Positions 27,917 to 37,691 of a DNA stretch of 64,000 bases are shown in pieces (within the stretch, counting starts at the first letter, position 1; every line of letters begins with the position of its first letter). The position numbers and the translations under genes are program-made. The notes below the pieces were generated by a model. That model saw nothing but the letters and a program-made list of their open reading frames with translations. It was not told the origin of the DNA and ran no database searches. This DNA comes from Candidatus Bathyarchaeota archaeon (GTDB lineage: Archaea; Thermoproteota; Bathyarchaeia; Bathyarchaeales; Bathycorpusculaceae), in contig CAWHXY010000007.1 in NCBI GenBank assembly GCA_963833575.1, positions 1 through 64,000 of the forward strand. Direction: 5' to 3'.

Positions 27917-29050
27917 TTAAGAATAAGAATCACGCAGAGTGTTGTCATTAAGAAACTTGGAAAGTTTTTGCCAACTTGGATGTTTTCCATCTGCGTCTGA
28001 TAGGTAGCAGGCTGCAACAGCATTAGCCAACAACAAACGGCACTCATCTGACAAACCATTGTGGTCTCCTACTATGTTTCCTGCAGTCCAAGCATCGCCC
28101 GCTCCGGTCGCCCGCAAAACATTAACTTTGAATGATGGAACCATAATTTCTTTTTTACCTTTTAAACTGGCGGAAAAGAGCGTGGTATGTAAATCTATTC
28201 TTGCTGTTAACTGTTTTGCTAAGACGCGGGCTGCTTCCATCGCTAATTCTGGAAAGTTCGAGTTTTCTTTTTTAGAACTAAATGTCTCCTCAAGCAGTGA
28301 GGCGTAGGTTATGGCTTCATTCTCGTTTATGCTTAAGATATCTACTTCATTCGCTTTCAATACTGTTTGGATTAGTTCTGCAATTTTGATGCGGTTAGGC
28401 GTTGGATCGGCTGTATCATAGTAAGTTTTACTTTTACCTTTCGCTTTTGCTCTGTCGAAAACTGCTTGAGCTAGTAATGTGCCAAATCTTAATGTTCCAG
28501 CCCAATTGAAAAGGCAAGTGTAATCAGCTGCTTCGATTAAAGCGTAATCATTCTCGTTAAGGTTGTTTGGTCCAAAATCTGCTAATGAACCTAAGTCGCG
28601 GATCATAACGTTGGTTTTCTGGTTTTTGTTTTGAAATTCTAAAGCGGTGGTTATTGAGGTCTTGTCTTGAATTTTTATGTGTGAAGTGTCTATTGGAGTA
28701 TCTTTGAAGTAGTATCTTATTAGTTGCAAACCATATTCGCTTGTACAAACAATAGGCGTAACCGTGGCACCTAAATTGACTAAGGCTGAAGCAACATTGA
28801 TAGCGTTTCCTCCCCGCAGATCAGTTTGTGGGATACCATCGATACTTCCCCCTTTACGTTTAGCTACATCCGCAACTAAGTTCGAAAATTCTTCTTGGTT
28901 CCAATTTAGGTTTATCAGGCGATCAAAAAAGAAATCAGGCAAAACCACAACTTTGCACTCTTTAACTTTTTGTTGGTGTAAGAAGTACTTGAGTTCTTTC
29001 TTGCATTCCACAATGGTCAATTCAAGGCCCTTTACCTTGTATTTCCACAA
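27917..29050 (-). CDS. PfkB/ribokinase-family carbohydrate kinase
   Basis: GGNAINVASAL, SINENEA, ATGAGDAW; true start may be slightly downstream. Confidence 0.85.
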   Translation of the reverse strand: MWKYKVKGLELTIVECKKELKYFLHQQKVKECKVVVLPDFFFDRLINLNWNQEEFSNLVADVAKRKGGSIDGIPQTDLRGGNAINVASALVNLGATVTPIVCTSEYGLQLIRYYFKDTPIDTSHIKIQDKTSITTALEFQNKNQKTNVMIRDLGSLADFGPNNLNENDYALIEAADYTCLFNWAGTLRFGTLLAQAVFDRAKAKGKSKTYYDTADPTPNRIKIAELIQTVLKANEVDILSINENEAITYASLLEETFSSKKENSNFPELAMEAARVLAKQLTARIDLHTTLFSASLKGKKEIMVPSFKVNVLRATGAGDAWTAGNIVGDHNGLSDECRLLLANAVAACYLSDADGKHPSWQKLSKFLNDNTLRDSYS

Positions 29051-29109
29051 GCCTAAAATAACCTTTTGATCAAATTGGATAAAGGATATCTGGAGAAGGG
29101 GAAAGGGGA

Positions 29110-29325
29110 ATGAACTTTAAAACAGAAGTCAGTCTACTCGCATTAGCTATAACATTGTTTGTCGTGAGCACTTTCTTTTTTTCGTATCAAAACGGCAGTA
29201 CAACATACCTAAGTTTAGCTTCTTATCCATATCGAGGATACGCACTTGCATTTGTTGGCTTTGGCTCAGTCCTAATGGTAACTGCCTCGCTTTCCTACAC
29301 AAAACGCAGCAAAGACATCCTCTAA
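29110..29325 (+). CDS. Small membrane protein (2 TM)
   Basis: Two hydrophobic helices, purine-rich SD. Confidence 0.7.
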   Translation: MNFKTEVSLLALAITLFVVSTFFFSYQNGSTTYLSLASYPYRGYALAFVGFGSVLMVTASLSYTKRSKDIL

Positions 29326-29335
29326 AATTTTGTTT

Positions 29336-30160
29336 TTAGCCAATAACAAATCTGACAAGTAACCACACTACATCTCCGAAAAGTAAAGCTACAATTAAAC
29401 CTGCAGTTATGAATATTAACATTGGTAAACCAGGCGTTGCCCAAACATAATTGTCAATTTTTCCAGCATTAACGGCGTTGGACAAGCGTTCGACAATTTC
29501 ATTTCTTCCCTCATCATGTGGAACAACTACAAGCTTTCTTTCTAAACCATTCTCGCCTTTTTCCTCAACATCTTCCATGGGAAAAACATGCCACTTTGCC
29601 TTTAACTTGTCAACTGTAACTTTGTAACCTGTTATTAGGATAAGTATTTTTTTTCCGATTGATTCTTTGGCTAGTGTTCCAGCAAACATTTTTTTGCCTG
29701 TTTTTCTGTGCCAAACCACATTGCGCCCCACTATGTAAATAGCACTCACAGCTGCGAATAAAACGCCGTTACCGAAAATGGTTACTGGAAATATGACCTG
29801 TGAAGTAGGCGACAAACCGGCTGCATAGAGAGGCGTTGACAGAATGACAGGAGCAAATGGCAAAGCCACGGCGATACACATCAGAGCTTTTGAGTCAGCC
29901 CCACCAAATCCGCCAGAATAAAACAACAAAAATGCCAATCCAATGGTAAAACCTACGCTAATTCCAAAAAGAGGCAACTTTGACGATTCATAAAGCAAAA
30001 GTTCTGCAAGAGAAAGTGCAAGTGCAGTGGGCCCATAAACTACCCATACGCGGTTGCTTACTTCTCGAACTTTGTAGTCTCGCCATGATGCATAAATCAA
30101 GAAAGCTGTGGTTACTGCTACACTTGTTGCCGCTAAGATTATTTGAAAGCTCAATATCAA
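29336..30160 (-). CDS. Prepilin/prearchaellin peptidase (A24, FlaK/PibD-like)
   Basis: ASWRDYKVREV, FGGADSKAL, C-terminal VWATPGLPMLIFI. Confidence 0.9.
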   Translation of the reverse strand: MILSFQIILAATSVAVTTAFLIYASWRDYKVREVSNRVWVVYGPTALALSLAELLLYESSKLPLFGISVGFTIGLAFLLFYSGGFGGADSKALMCIAVALPFAPVILSTPLYAAGLSPTSQVIFPVTIFGNGVLFAAVSAIYIVGRNVVWHRKTGKKMFAGTLAKESIGKKILILITGYKVTVDKLKAKWHVFPMEDVEEKGENGLERKLVVVPHDEGRNEIVERLSNAVNAGKIDNYVWATPGLPMLIFITAGLIVALLFGDVVWLLVRFVIG

Positions 30161-30265
30161 TCCCTTACTATTACTCCTTTCTTGTTGCTCTTTTAAAATA
30201 ATATGCTTTAATATTTAGCATATGAAGACTAAATACTTACCAAAAATAAGTATTTGTCAACTTGG

Positions 30266-33200
30266 CTAGTTTCCAATTTTTATAATTATCGTTGGTGGTA
30301 GTTCAGCTAATATCCATAGTCCTGGTAGCCCATTCCCGACATAAATCGGTGGAACGGATCCGTCAAAGGTGACAACAGCGCCATACCACGTTACATCTAG
30401 AGGCGTTTGGAAAGAGACCGAGTTAAGGGTCACTGGCAACAACGAGGTTGTTTGAGCTACGGAATCCGTTTTTACAGCGCCTCGCAGGTTTACCGGAGAC
30501 ATAGTGTCAAATGTGTAGAGCATTTGGTTTGCTTGGTCGGTGAACATTATTCCTGCGCCTTCGGTGCCGTCGCTGAATTGGCTCCAATGATGCACCCCAG
30601 ATCCTGTAGAGTTGCTTAGCGTTTGAGTGCCTATGGCTACGATAGGGTCGCCATTCAACGTTCCATTTTCTGTCTGTAATTGTCCCACAGTTGAAGAGAC
30701 GCTTATTGGGCACAAATCAGTGATTGAGCGTGCTTGCTGCGAATTGATAAACGTGAGCCGAAGTTGATAAGTAAAGTAGCTTGCGTTAGCTGGCAAGGTT
30801 AGCACGGCGTTGGCATATAGATTAGGACAATTAGGGACACCGTTTGACCATTCGGCTTCTTGCTGAATAATGTCCCTTACCACTCCATTATAGATAACAT
30901 ATGCTTCGCTCGAACCGTAAGTGCTTGCTTGACCGTTTATTCGCATGAAGGATGATGTACTTGTGATACTGCCAACTGTAGAAGTTACCGTGAATGAGCC
31001 AACGTTTGTGACAGTGATTTTCAATTTTCCGTTGGTTAACATATGAGCAGATGGATTATCTCCTGTGAAGTATGTGTTGGTGTAAGCAAGTGGGGTTTGG
31101 GTTGCTTGGTCGCTACCGTTCCACCACAAAGTGAAATCTGAGACATGAGTATTTACTAAGAAAACAATCATTTGCCTGTTGCTAAATACAGTTGTATTAT
31201 CCGTTAAACCTAACGGAACAGTGTAAGACGAAGCCCAGTCTTCGACTTGGAAAGGCACTTGCTGATTGACCCCGTCAATAGTTTCATTGACGTGAATATC
31301 TTTTACAGGAATTGGCGGAACCGGAACAGTTTGAGTTGTAATTTGCAAGTTTTGGCCTAACCAGATCATAGAACCATTTTGAAGGAGTTCAACAGCTGTT
31401 GTCGCAGCTGGGTTTTGTAGCGAAAGGAACAGGTTTTGGTCTGATTCAGGCCTAAGCAACGTTGTATCTATCGCCCAGTTATCTTGGATGGAATCGCCGC
31501 CATTTACACCTCTAAATCTGATTGTAAAGGTTGATGAGCCAGCATATGCTGAGACAGAAACATTGTTCCAGTTGTTACTCACAAGAGCTGGTATTACTGT
31601 GTTCCATACACCTTCATACCAAACATCAACTGCCAAATTTTCAGAGCCTAAAGTACCCGTTTTTATGCATAACGCGGGATGAAGCGCCGTGTAATTTACG
31701 TTATTCCATTGCTCTTCAAGAGCAAGGGCGTAAATGGGTTTTATTGTTCGGAATCTTGCCAAATCAATGCTAATGTCGAATACAGATGAGGTTGACATTA
31801 CGGCTGTAAACTTGAGTTTCCATGCCCCAAGGCTGTCTCTGAATTGAGTTGGGTTAGCAGTTATGCTTTGTTCGTTTAAGGTGCCAGTAGTTCCCAGAGT
31901 TGCAGCCATGTAGCCGTCTCCGCTGGTTGGATATTGTCCTGTTTGATAATTATAAAGTTGGAATGTCATACTTGTTCCAGCAAGACTGGATAAGCTGTTG
32001 ATGCTGTAAAGAAGACTATTCCAATTGTCAATGTTAGAAGATCCTGAAAATTCAACCCCACAAGTCTGTTGTGTTGAAACTCGACTCGGCTGAACCACTG
32101 CTGCAATGGCGGTCCAACTGGCAGTTTTAGAGGTACTCCATGTCATGGAGACTGAACCGCTTGTAACAGTTTTTTCGCTACCATATCCTTTGAAGTAGGA
32201 GCCTCCGGTTGTGCTCCAGCGAGTTGTCTGCTGATCCGTGACTGTATAATCGTTACTGGTTCTGTAGGCGCTCATATGACCAAAGAGGATTTTGTTGTTA
32301 GTGCCAGATGCTGTTAAGGTAGCTGATTGGCTTTGGCTAGATCCTTTGTTCACGCTGGCTGTTTGTAGGGGGTTTGTCTGGTCAACATTTGCATATGTTA
32401 TCGAACCTCCGATTGCAGTAGTTGTGCCTGAAAAAGATACTGCGATGGTTTTGCTTCCTGAGGAGGGGTTTACTAAGTAGTAGAGGTAACTCAAAATTTG
32501 TGGGTTTGTAGTGTATTGAACTGTTGTCGACTGAGTTAATGCTACTCCGCCATAGGTTATGCTCGATATAGTTTTTGGACTTCCGCCGCTATTGAATATG
32601 TCTACTGTTACTATTAGGAGTCTACTATTTCCGTTTCCTGTTGTGTGTTGCCAACTCATCGAACTGGCTGGAGAAGTAAGGGCAATACTATTTTCAGAAT
32701 CATAAGTTATTGTGTTATAAGAGGAGGAGTCGTAGCTCGCAAACTTCATTGAAACTCCGTCAGTTGCTGTCAAGTTTGATAGGCTTCCTGAAACAAGTGT
32801 CGTTGAACCTAGCAAACTATAGCCTGTCGGATAATAATCTTGGGTTTGGCTCCCCGTGTTTGCTTCTGTCAAGGTATCAAATGTATTGTCTGGCGCTGAT
32901 TGTTGAGCTGCAAAGTTGCTATGAGTACCGACATCTGATACACCGTCAACAGCCGAATTGTAGCTGACTACATAATTGTCATTTTCAACAAAACTACTAT
33001 TAAATGCTAATGTACCAGTGTATTGGCTAAAAGATGAAGCTGCAACAGTTATTCCTCTGCTATCTTGAACTTGAATAACGAAGCCTTGAGGGTTTATTCC
33101 AGATGGGATGTCAACAGTATATGTACCGTCGCTGGAAGAGAAGGGCTCATCTGGAGGATTTGCCATTGCCCAAGACATATTATTATTCTGATAGAGATAA

Positions 33201-33742
33201 AATTTGAAGTTGGACTTGCCTAATCCAACAACTGGGCTATTTTCATCTTGGGTTACTGTTAAGTATACTTGGTTGCTGGTGTGTGAAGGGGAAATTTGGA
33301 CATCAAGTCTGCAGGATGCTGAATAAGCTATGCCGCTTATTCCCAATCCCGGCAAGTCGTATGTTACGTTTAGGCTGCCTTCGCTGAAACTTTCATTTGT
33401 AAACCAGTAAGTGTTCAATGTAAGAGATGTAACGTTGAAAGACGCGGCCCATTCTGGTCTAATGTCAGCGGTGTTTTGTAAACCGCTGTCCAAGTAGTTT
33501 GTGGCAAGTGTCTGTGCATATGATGAATTACCGGTAACTTGTAAAACAGAGCCGTAATAGCCTACTGTGAAACCCAAAATCTGTTTCAGAGCCAAATTGG
33601 TTTGATCGACTGCACTCATGATTTGTGGTTGGCCTTGAACAGGGCTATATCTTATCGCAGAATACGTTGTCATAACTGAGGCTATTAGAACTACGGCAAC
33701 AAGCAAAGCAGCAATAATTGAAAACTGACCTCTATTGTTCAA
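30266..33742 (-). CDS. Large pilin-like adhesin with class III signal peptide
   Basis: MNNRG/QFSIIAALLVAVVL; 1158 aa S/T-rich beta domains. Confidence 0.8.
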   Translation of the reverse strand: MNNRGQFSIIAALLVAVVLIASVMTTYSAIRYSPVQGQPQIMSAVDQTNLALKQILGFTVGYYGSVLQVTGNSSYAQTLATNYLDSGLQNTADIRPEWAASFNVTSLTLNTYWFTNESFSEGSLNVTYDLPGLGISGIAYSASCRLDVQISPSHTSNQVYLTVTQDENSPVVGLGKSNFKFYLYQNNNMSWAMANPPDEPFSSSDGTYTVDIPSGINPQGFVIQVQDSRGITVAASSFSQYTGTLAFNSSFVENDNYVVSYNSAVDGVSDVGTHSNFAAQQSAPDNTFDTLTEANTGSQTQDYYPTGYSLLGSTTLVSGSLSNLTATDGVSMKFASYDSSSYNTITYDSENSIALTSPASSMSWQHTTGNGNSRLLIVTVDIFNSGGSPKTISSITYGGVALTQSTTVQYTTNPQILSYLYYLVNPSSGSKTIAVSFSGTTTAIGGSITYANVDQTNPLQTASVNKGSSQSQSATLTASGTNNKILFGHMSAYRTSNDYTVTDQQTTRWSTTGGSYFKGYGSEKTVTSGSVSMTWSTSKTASWTAIAAVVQPSRVSTQQTCGVEFSGSSNIDNWNSLLYSINSLSSLAGTSMTFQLYNYQTGQYPTSGDGYMAATLGTTGTLNEQSITANPTQFRDSLGAWKLKFTAVMSTSSVFDISIDLARFRTIKPIYALALEEQWNNVNYTALHPALCIKTGTLGSENLAVDVWYEGVWNTVIPALVSNNWNNVSVSAYAGSSTFTIRFRGVNGGDSIQDNWAIDTTLLRPESDQNLFLSLQNPAATTAVELLQNGSMIWLGQNLQITTQTVPVPPIPVKDIHVNETIDGVNQQVPFQVEDWASSYTVPLGLTDNTTVFSNRQMIVFLVNTHVSDFTLWWNGSDQATQTPLAYTNTYFTGDNPSAHMLTNGKLKITVTNVGSFTVTSTVGSITSTSSFMRINGQASTYGSSEAYVIYNGVVRDIIQQEAEWSNGVPNCPNLYANAVLTLPANASYFTYQLRLTFINSQQARSITDLCPISVSSTVGQLQTENGTLNGDPIVAIGTQTLSNSTGSGVHHWSQFSDGTEGAGIMFTDQANQMLYTFDTMSPVNLRGAVKTDSVAQTTSLLPVTLNSVSFQTPLDVTWYGAVVTFDGSVPPIYVGNGLPGLWILAELPPTIIIKIGN

Positions 33743-33743
33743 T

Positions 33744-35087
33744 TTATGCCCCTCCAGCTAGTCCAAGCTCCAAGACAACTACACGTGAAGTTCCTGATGC
33801 CGTGTATTCTGATGGGTAGAGTCTAGGGTGATAATCGGACAATAAGCCCAATGCTGTGAGCCTGATGTCTGGAGTTCGCGTTAAACCTAACGCATAGAAT
33901 CCACCTTGGTATTGGGTTGTGTTACCTACTGTAATAGAATGCCGATAAATCGCGCCAGGGTTCCAAGTCCCTATTGTGTTAAAAACATAGGTTGTTATAT
34001 TCAGATGATAACTATTTTGAATAGACGTTGGCAAAGCCCTAGTCGAAGTCTGAGATTGTGATGGGTATATGCCATAATAGTTGCAGTCATCCAAGGCTTG
34101 AGTGGACAAGTTTACTATGCCTGGACTACCTGTAGTGCTATCACCATATGAATACGTTTGATTGTCTAACCCCTGAAGGAAGGCGTTTAATCCTGCCGCG
34201 CCGTCACCACCATTCCGGCCGATCATATTCATACCGTAAATACCCCAAGTGTTCTGACTGCTGGAAAACAAAGCATTATTGGACACGTAGTAAAATGGCC
34301 AGCCAACTATGCTTGTCCATGTCCAATTGTATTGCAAAGATCTTTGACCTATAGTGTAGGCATAACGTGTGTATGAATTGCTGGCAGAATCGTAACCTAC
34401 GCCTGTGCTCGCGTAATAACCAGACGGGATTGGAACGGCTTCTCCGCATGTGTTGACAATTACGGCGTTCTGAACTGATTCGCCTTGCAACGATGTTCCG
34501 TTTAGGATCTGTGCAAGCTGTGAAGTGTTCTGCACCATTACAGTTTTAACAAAATAAGGAGACAATAGATTGTAGAGGTCTTGCGCTAAGCTTTGTGATG
34601 TGTACCCAGTGATCCACCAACCGTTTGCATCGCTGCAATTCAAAATATATAATGTTCCACCATTACCATTTTCACCAATTTTTTCAGGTGAAACATTAAA
34701 AGTTACATTTGAAGAAGCAACTGTATATGTGGAAACATCAGAGGTAGCACCCAGGCTTTGCGCATTTGAGATATTAGCAACCGGCGTGAATAGTTGTCCA
34801 TTAGCAGTATTTACATCATAAACAGTCAGATTGTATAATATGTTTGGCGGTAGCGAAGCTGAAAGGGCAACCTGCAGACTACTCCAAGTTGTGGAATCGT
34901 TAGTTTCGAAGGCAGCATTGCTTAAATCATGATTTGAATCAAGCATCTGCAATGTTGTCAAGGATAGACGGTTAAGATTTATCGGTGAAACCTGTCTAGG
35001 CGCTGGTAAAACAGCAAAGTAGGATGCGCCTATGAAGGCACCAGTAATTATTATTATTACAAAAAGGACCTCTATTGTACGAATCAT
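33744..35087 (-). CDS. Minor pilin-like protein
   Basis: M-IRTIE followed by hydrophobic helix; lies in the pilus operon. Confidence 0.7.
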   Translation of the reverse strand: MIRTIEVLFVIIIITGAFIGASYFAVLPAPRQVSPINLNRLSLTTLQMLDSNHDLSNAAFETNDSTTWSSLQVALSASLPPNILYNLTVYDVNTANGQLFTPVANISNAQSLGATSDVSTYTVASSNVTFNVSPEKIGENGNGGTLYILNCSDANGWWITGYTSQSLAQDLYNLLSPYFVKTVMVQNTSQLAQILNGTSLQGESVQNAVIVNTCGEAVPIPSGYYASTGVGYDSASNSYTRYAYTIGQRSLQYNWTWTSIVGWPFYYVSNNALFSSSQNTWGIYGMNMIGRNGGDGAAGLNAFLQGLDNQTYSYGDSTTGSPGIVNLSTQALDDCNYYGIYPSQSQTSTRALPTSIQNSYHLNITTYVFNTIGTWNPGAIYRHSITVGNTTQYQGGFYALGLTRTPDIRLTALGLLSDYHPRLYPSEYTASGTSRVVVLELGLAGGA

Positions 35088-36332
35088 TTAGGTAGTCACC
35101 TGGCTCCCGGTTGTATCCCACAACTCAAGTTTTACTTGATACGCAACACCGCCAATAGTTACTTGGCGTAAATCAGTTGTGACCCATTCTTGCCCCTGAG
35201 GATTGCCTCCGAAAGTTACTGGAAAAGCCAGCGAACTAATGCCCCAAGGCATTATTAATATGCCGCCTTGAGTGGGACTCAGTTGGTATGTAACTATCAA
35301 AATGCCAGTTGTGGTTGATGGTAAGAAAATATTTGGTGATGGATTACCAATTCCCGAGGTAACAGTACCCACTAAGCTCAGATTACCAGCTGCGCCAAGG
35401 GACAACTCGCTAAGCGTAAAATCCTGTTTTAGAATGACAAATGTGGCGTTGTATTTTAAGCTGGAGCCTTCTGGACCGGTGCTGTTGAGGTCAAAGTTAT
35501 GGGCTAATGCTATTTGTTGTGTAGCCATGTTTTGAACTAGTGGGACAACATATTGATCACTGCTTGAAGTGCGTGTATGATAGCCAACCCCTAGCACACC
35601 ATTCAAGTGTGCGTAGGCTACGAATGCGTAAATTTGGTTGGGATCTGTAATGCTTGAAAATGCTATGTTGGCTATGCCTTGTTGATCGGTTGTTACGGCT
35701 CCACTTTGTATAGTGTAAGCTGGATATTCAGCTTGTGACTGAGGCAGTTCAACCTGTATGAGACAATAGTTTATTGTCGCATAGGCAAATGGAAAACCTG
35801 TTCCAACAGCGCTTACTGTTAGATTCAATGGAGAGCTAGCTTGATTTTCAGTAATTGAAACTGTAATGTCTGGAGTGAACGATAATTGAAACCCATACGT
35901 GTTTTTTATTCCAAGGATTGTCAAAGCTGACGAGTAATTAAGAGCTTGATCAGCAGGTGTTAGCAGAAGACTTCCTGACCCTAAAGATTCATCATTGTAG
36001 TAGATGTTGGGGCTGGTTTTGTCACATTCCAACGTATTACCTGTTGAAGACTCCAACCGCATTATTGAAAAAGGACTTATTTGATACTGCGTAAACTCAG
36101 GATCTTGCACACCGAAACCTGTTACATCGGAATTGCTTTGTCCCCAGTTAGCTGGGATACCAGGGTTTAAGAGCATAGTATCTAAAAGGTCGCTAGTTTT
36201 CGTTGATAGTGCACGGTGGCGTTCGTAAACATTTGCAGTTTGGATGCTTTGGCTGAAAAGACCAATGAAAATTATTATGGCTCCGATAAACACTATGAGG
36301 GAAATCATATGGTCTATTGTTGCACTTGCCAT
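35088..36332 (-). CDS. Minor pilin-like protein
   Basis: MA-SATID + hydrophobic helix; LLNPGIPANW motif; start follows SD GGAGG. Confidence 0.7.
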   Translation of the reverse strand: MASATIDHMISLIVFIGAIIIFIGLFSQSIQTANVYERHRALSTKTSDLLDTMLLNPGIPANWGQSNSDVTGFGVQDPEFTQYQISPFSIMRLESSTGNTLECDKTSPNIYYNDESLGSGSLLLTPADQALNYSSALTILGIKNTYGFQLSFTPDITVSITENQASSPLNLTVSAVGTGFPFAYATINYCLIQVELPQSQAEYPAYTIQSGAVTTDQQGIANIAFSSITDPNQIYAFVAYAHLNGVLGVGYHTRTSSSDQYVVPLVQNMATQQIALAHNFDLNSTGPEGSSLKYNATFVILKQDFTLSELSLGAAGNLSLVGTVTSGIGNPSPNIFLPSTTTGILIVTYQLSPTQGGILIMPWGISSLAFPVTFGGNPQGQEWVTTDLRQVTIGGVAYQVKLELWDTTGSQVTT

Positions 36333-36333
36333 G

Positions 36334-36810
36334 TTAAGTTCCTCCTTCAAATGATAACCAGATAGAATTGGAAGTTTTTGTGGCGTTAATTGACGAGACT
36401 AGAACGCTCTTAACAGTAGAGTTCTCTTGCCAAACTGCGTTTTCTCCTAATGTAACTAGTGTTGATGCTTGGTTGTTTGTGCCTGTCAGAGATAACGTTA
36501 AGTTCATTGTTCTTACTGAGCTGTTTGGGTTTGTGGCGTTATGTATTGTTATTGTATAGCCCTGATTCTCGATTAATGATGGTGTGTCCAAACTGGCTGT
36601 AAGGGTTCCGCTAGAAATTGATGCGTGATTCATAGTGTAGTATACTTGCTGGATTGAGCTGCCCATGTGCCCAGCAATTTCTTGGAGTTCGGTTACTTTT
36701 CGTTGATCAACCCAAACATTCATGATAGTGCTGGCTACTATCGGAAAAAGGAAAATCTGCATTATCAAGATGGGTATCATTATCATGTATTCAATAGTTA
36801 TGTTTGCCAT
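36334..36810 (-). CDS. Pilin-like protein
   Basis: MA-NITIEY + hydrophobic helix. Confidence 0.72.
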   Translation of the reverse strand: MANITIEYMIMIPILIMQIFLFPIVASTIMNVWVDQRKVTELQEIAGHMGSSIQQVYYTMNHASISSGTLTASLDTPSLIENQGYTITIHNATNPNSSVRTMNLTLSLTGTNNQASTLVTLGENAVWQENSTVKSVLVSSINATKTSNSIWLSFEGGT

Positions 36811-36827
36811 TGTTTCCCTTCCATTTT

Positions 36828-37679
36828 CTACACCGAACCTATTGTCACGAGCACTGCGCCCATGTAAAATTCCACAACAGAATTTGGAGGTAGAGCAATA
36901 GTTACGTTATTTTGCTGAAAATTGAAAAAAGAAGAATCAAATCCAGCTGCTGTTTGAGGAAAATTGACGCTGATTCTGACTTGATCGACGCCGTTTTCCG
37001 TAACTTTTGTGATGCCATCTCCTGTCATCGCTAAAGATTGGGACAGGTAACGGCTAGTTCCATTCTCGAGAATTGGCAAATAAAACTTGAAGTAGCTTAC
37101 TTGATTTTGAGTTCCAGTTATTGTTGAATTAAGCATCCTTATTGTGGGAACGGCGGCAATTCGGGTGTAACTGCCATCTGCCATAGGTAATTTTTCTTCG
37201 CATATTACTTGGCTAACTGGTGCCGATGAACCAGACAATAAGATTGAGCTGTTTGCGGATGTTGGCACTCGCTCAAAATAGTTCTTGTTTACTGAGTAAG
37301 AGCTTACAGGCATGTTGAAGAGGATGATTCCTGTATCGCCAGTTGTTAGATTTCCCCAGGATCCTGTAGTATAATGAACTTGGAACGTATAATTAACTGC
37401 CAATGGTTCAAAATGCACAGATCCAAAGTTGCTTGAGTAAGTAACTGTCTGTGTTCTACCAATAGTCCACGCAATATCATCAATTTGTAGTCCAGCGCTT
37501 TGCATGAAATTCTTGTTAGAGCTAAATTCGTTCTGTGCCATATTTGTATTCAAGAAGCCATTTGCGAAGGCCATCGCCACTAAAATCAAAACAACGATAG
37601 CTGAAGTTAGTATCATGGTTGAAAGGGCGGGGCTCAATGCTTTCCTGTCTTTCCGTAAACTTACCTGTTTGGTCGTCAT
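36828..37679 (-). CDS. Pilin with class III signal peptide
   Basis: KDRKA/LSPALSTMILTSAIVVLIL. Confidence 0.8.
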   Translation of the reverse strand: MTTKQVSLRKDRKALSPALSTMILTSAIVVLILVAMAFANGFLNTNMAQNEFSSNKNFMQSAGLQIDDIAWTIGRTQTVTYSSNFGSVHFEPLAVNYTFQVHYTTGSWGNLTTGDTGIILFNMPVSSYSVNKNYFERVPTSANSSILLSGSSAPVSQVICEEKLPMADGSYTRIAAVPTIRMLNSTITGTQNQVSYFKFYLPILENGTSRYLSQSLAMTGDGITKVTENGVDQVRISVNFPQTAAGFDSSFFNFQQNNVTIALPPNSVVEFYMGAVLVTIGSV

Positions 37680-37691
37680 TCTTGATCGAGC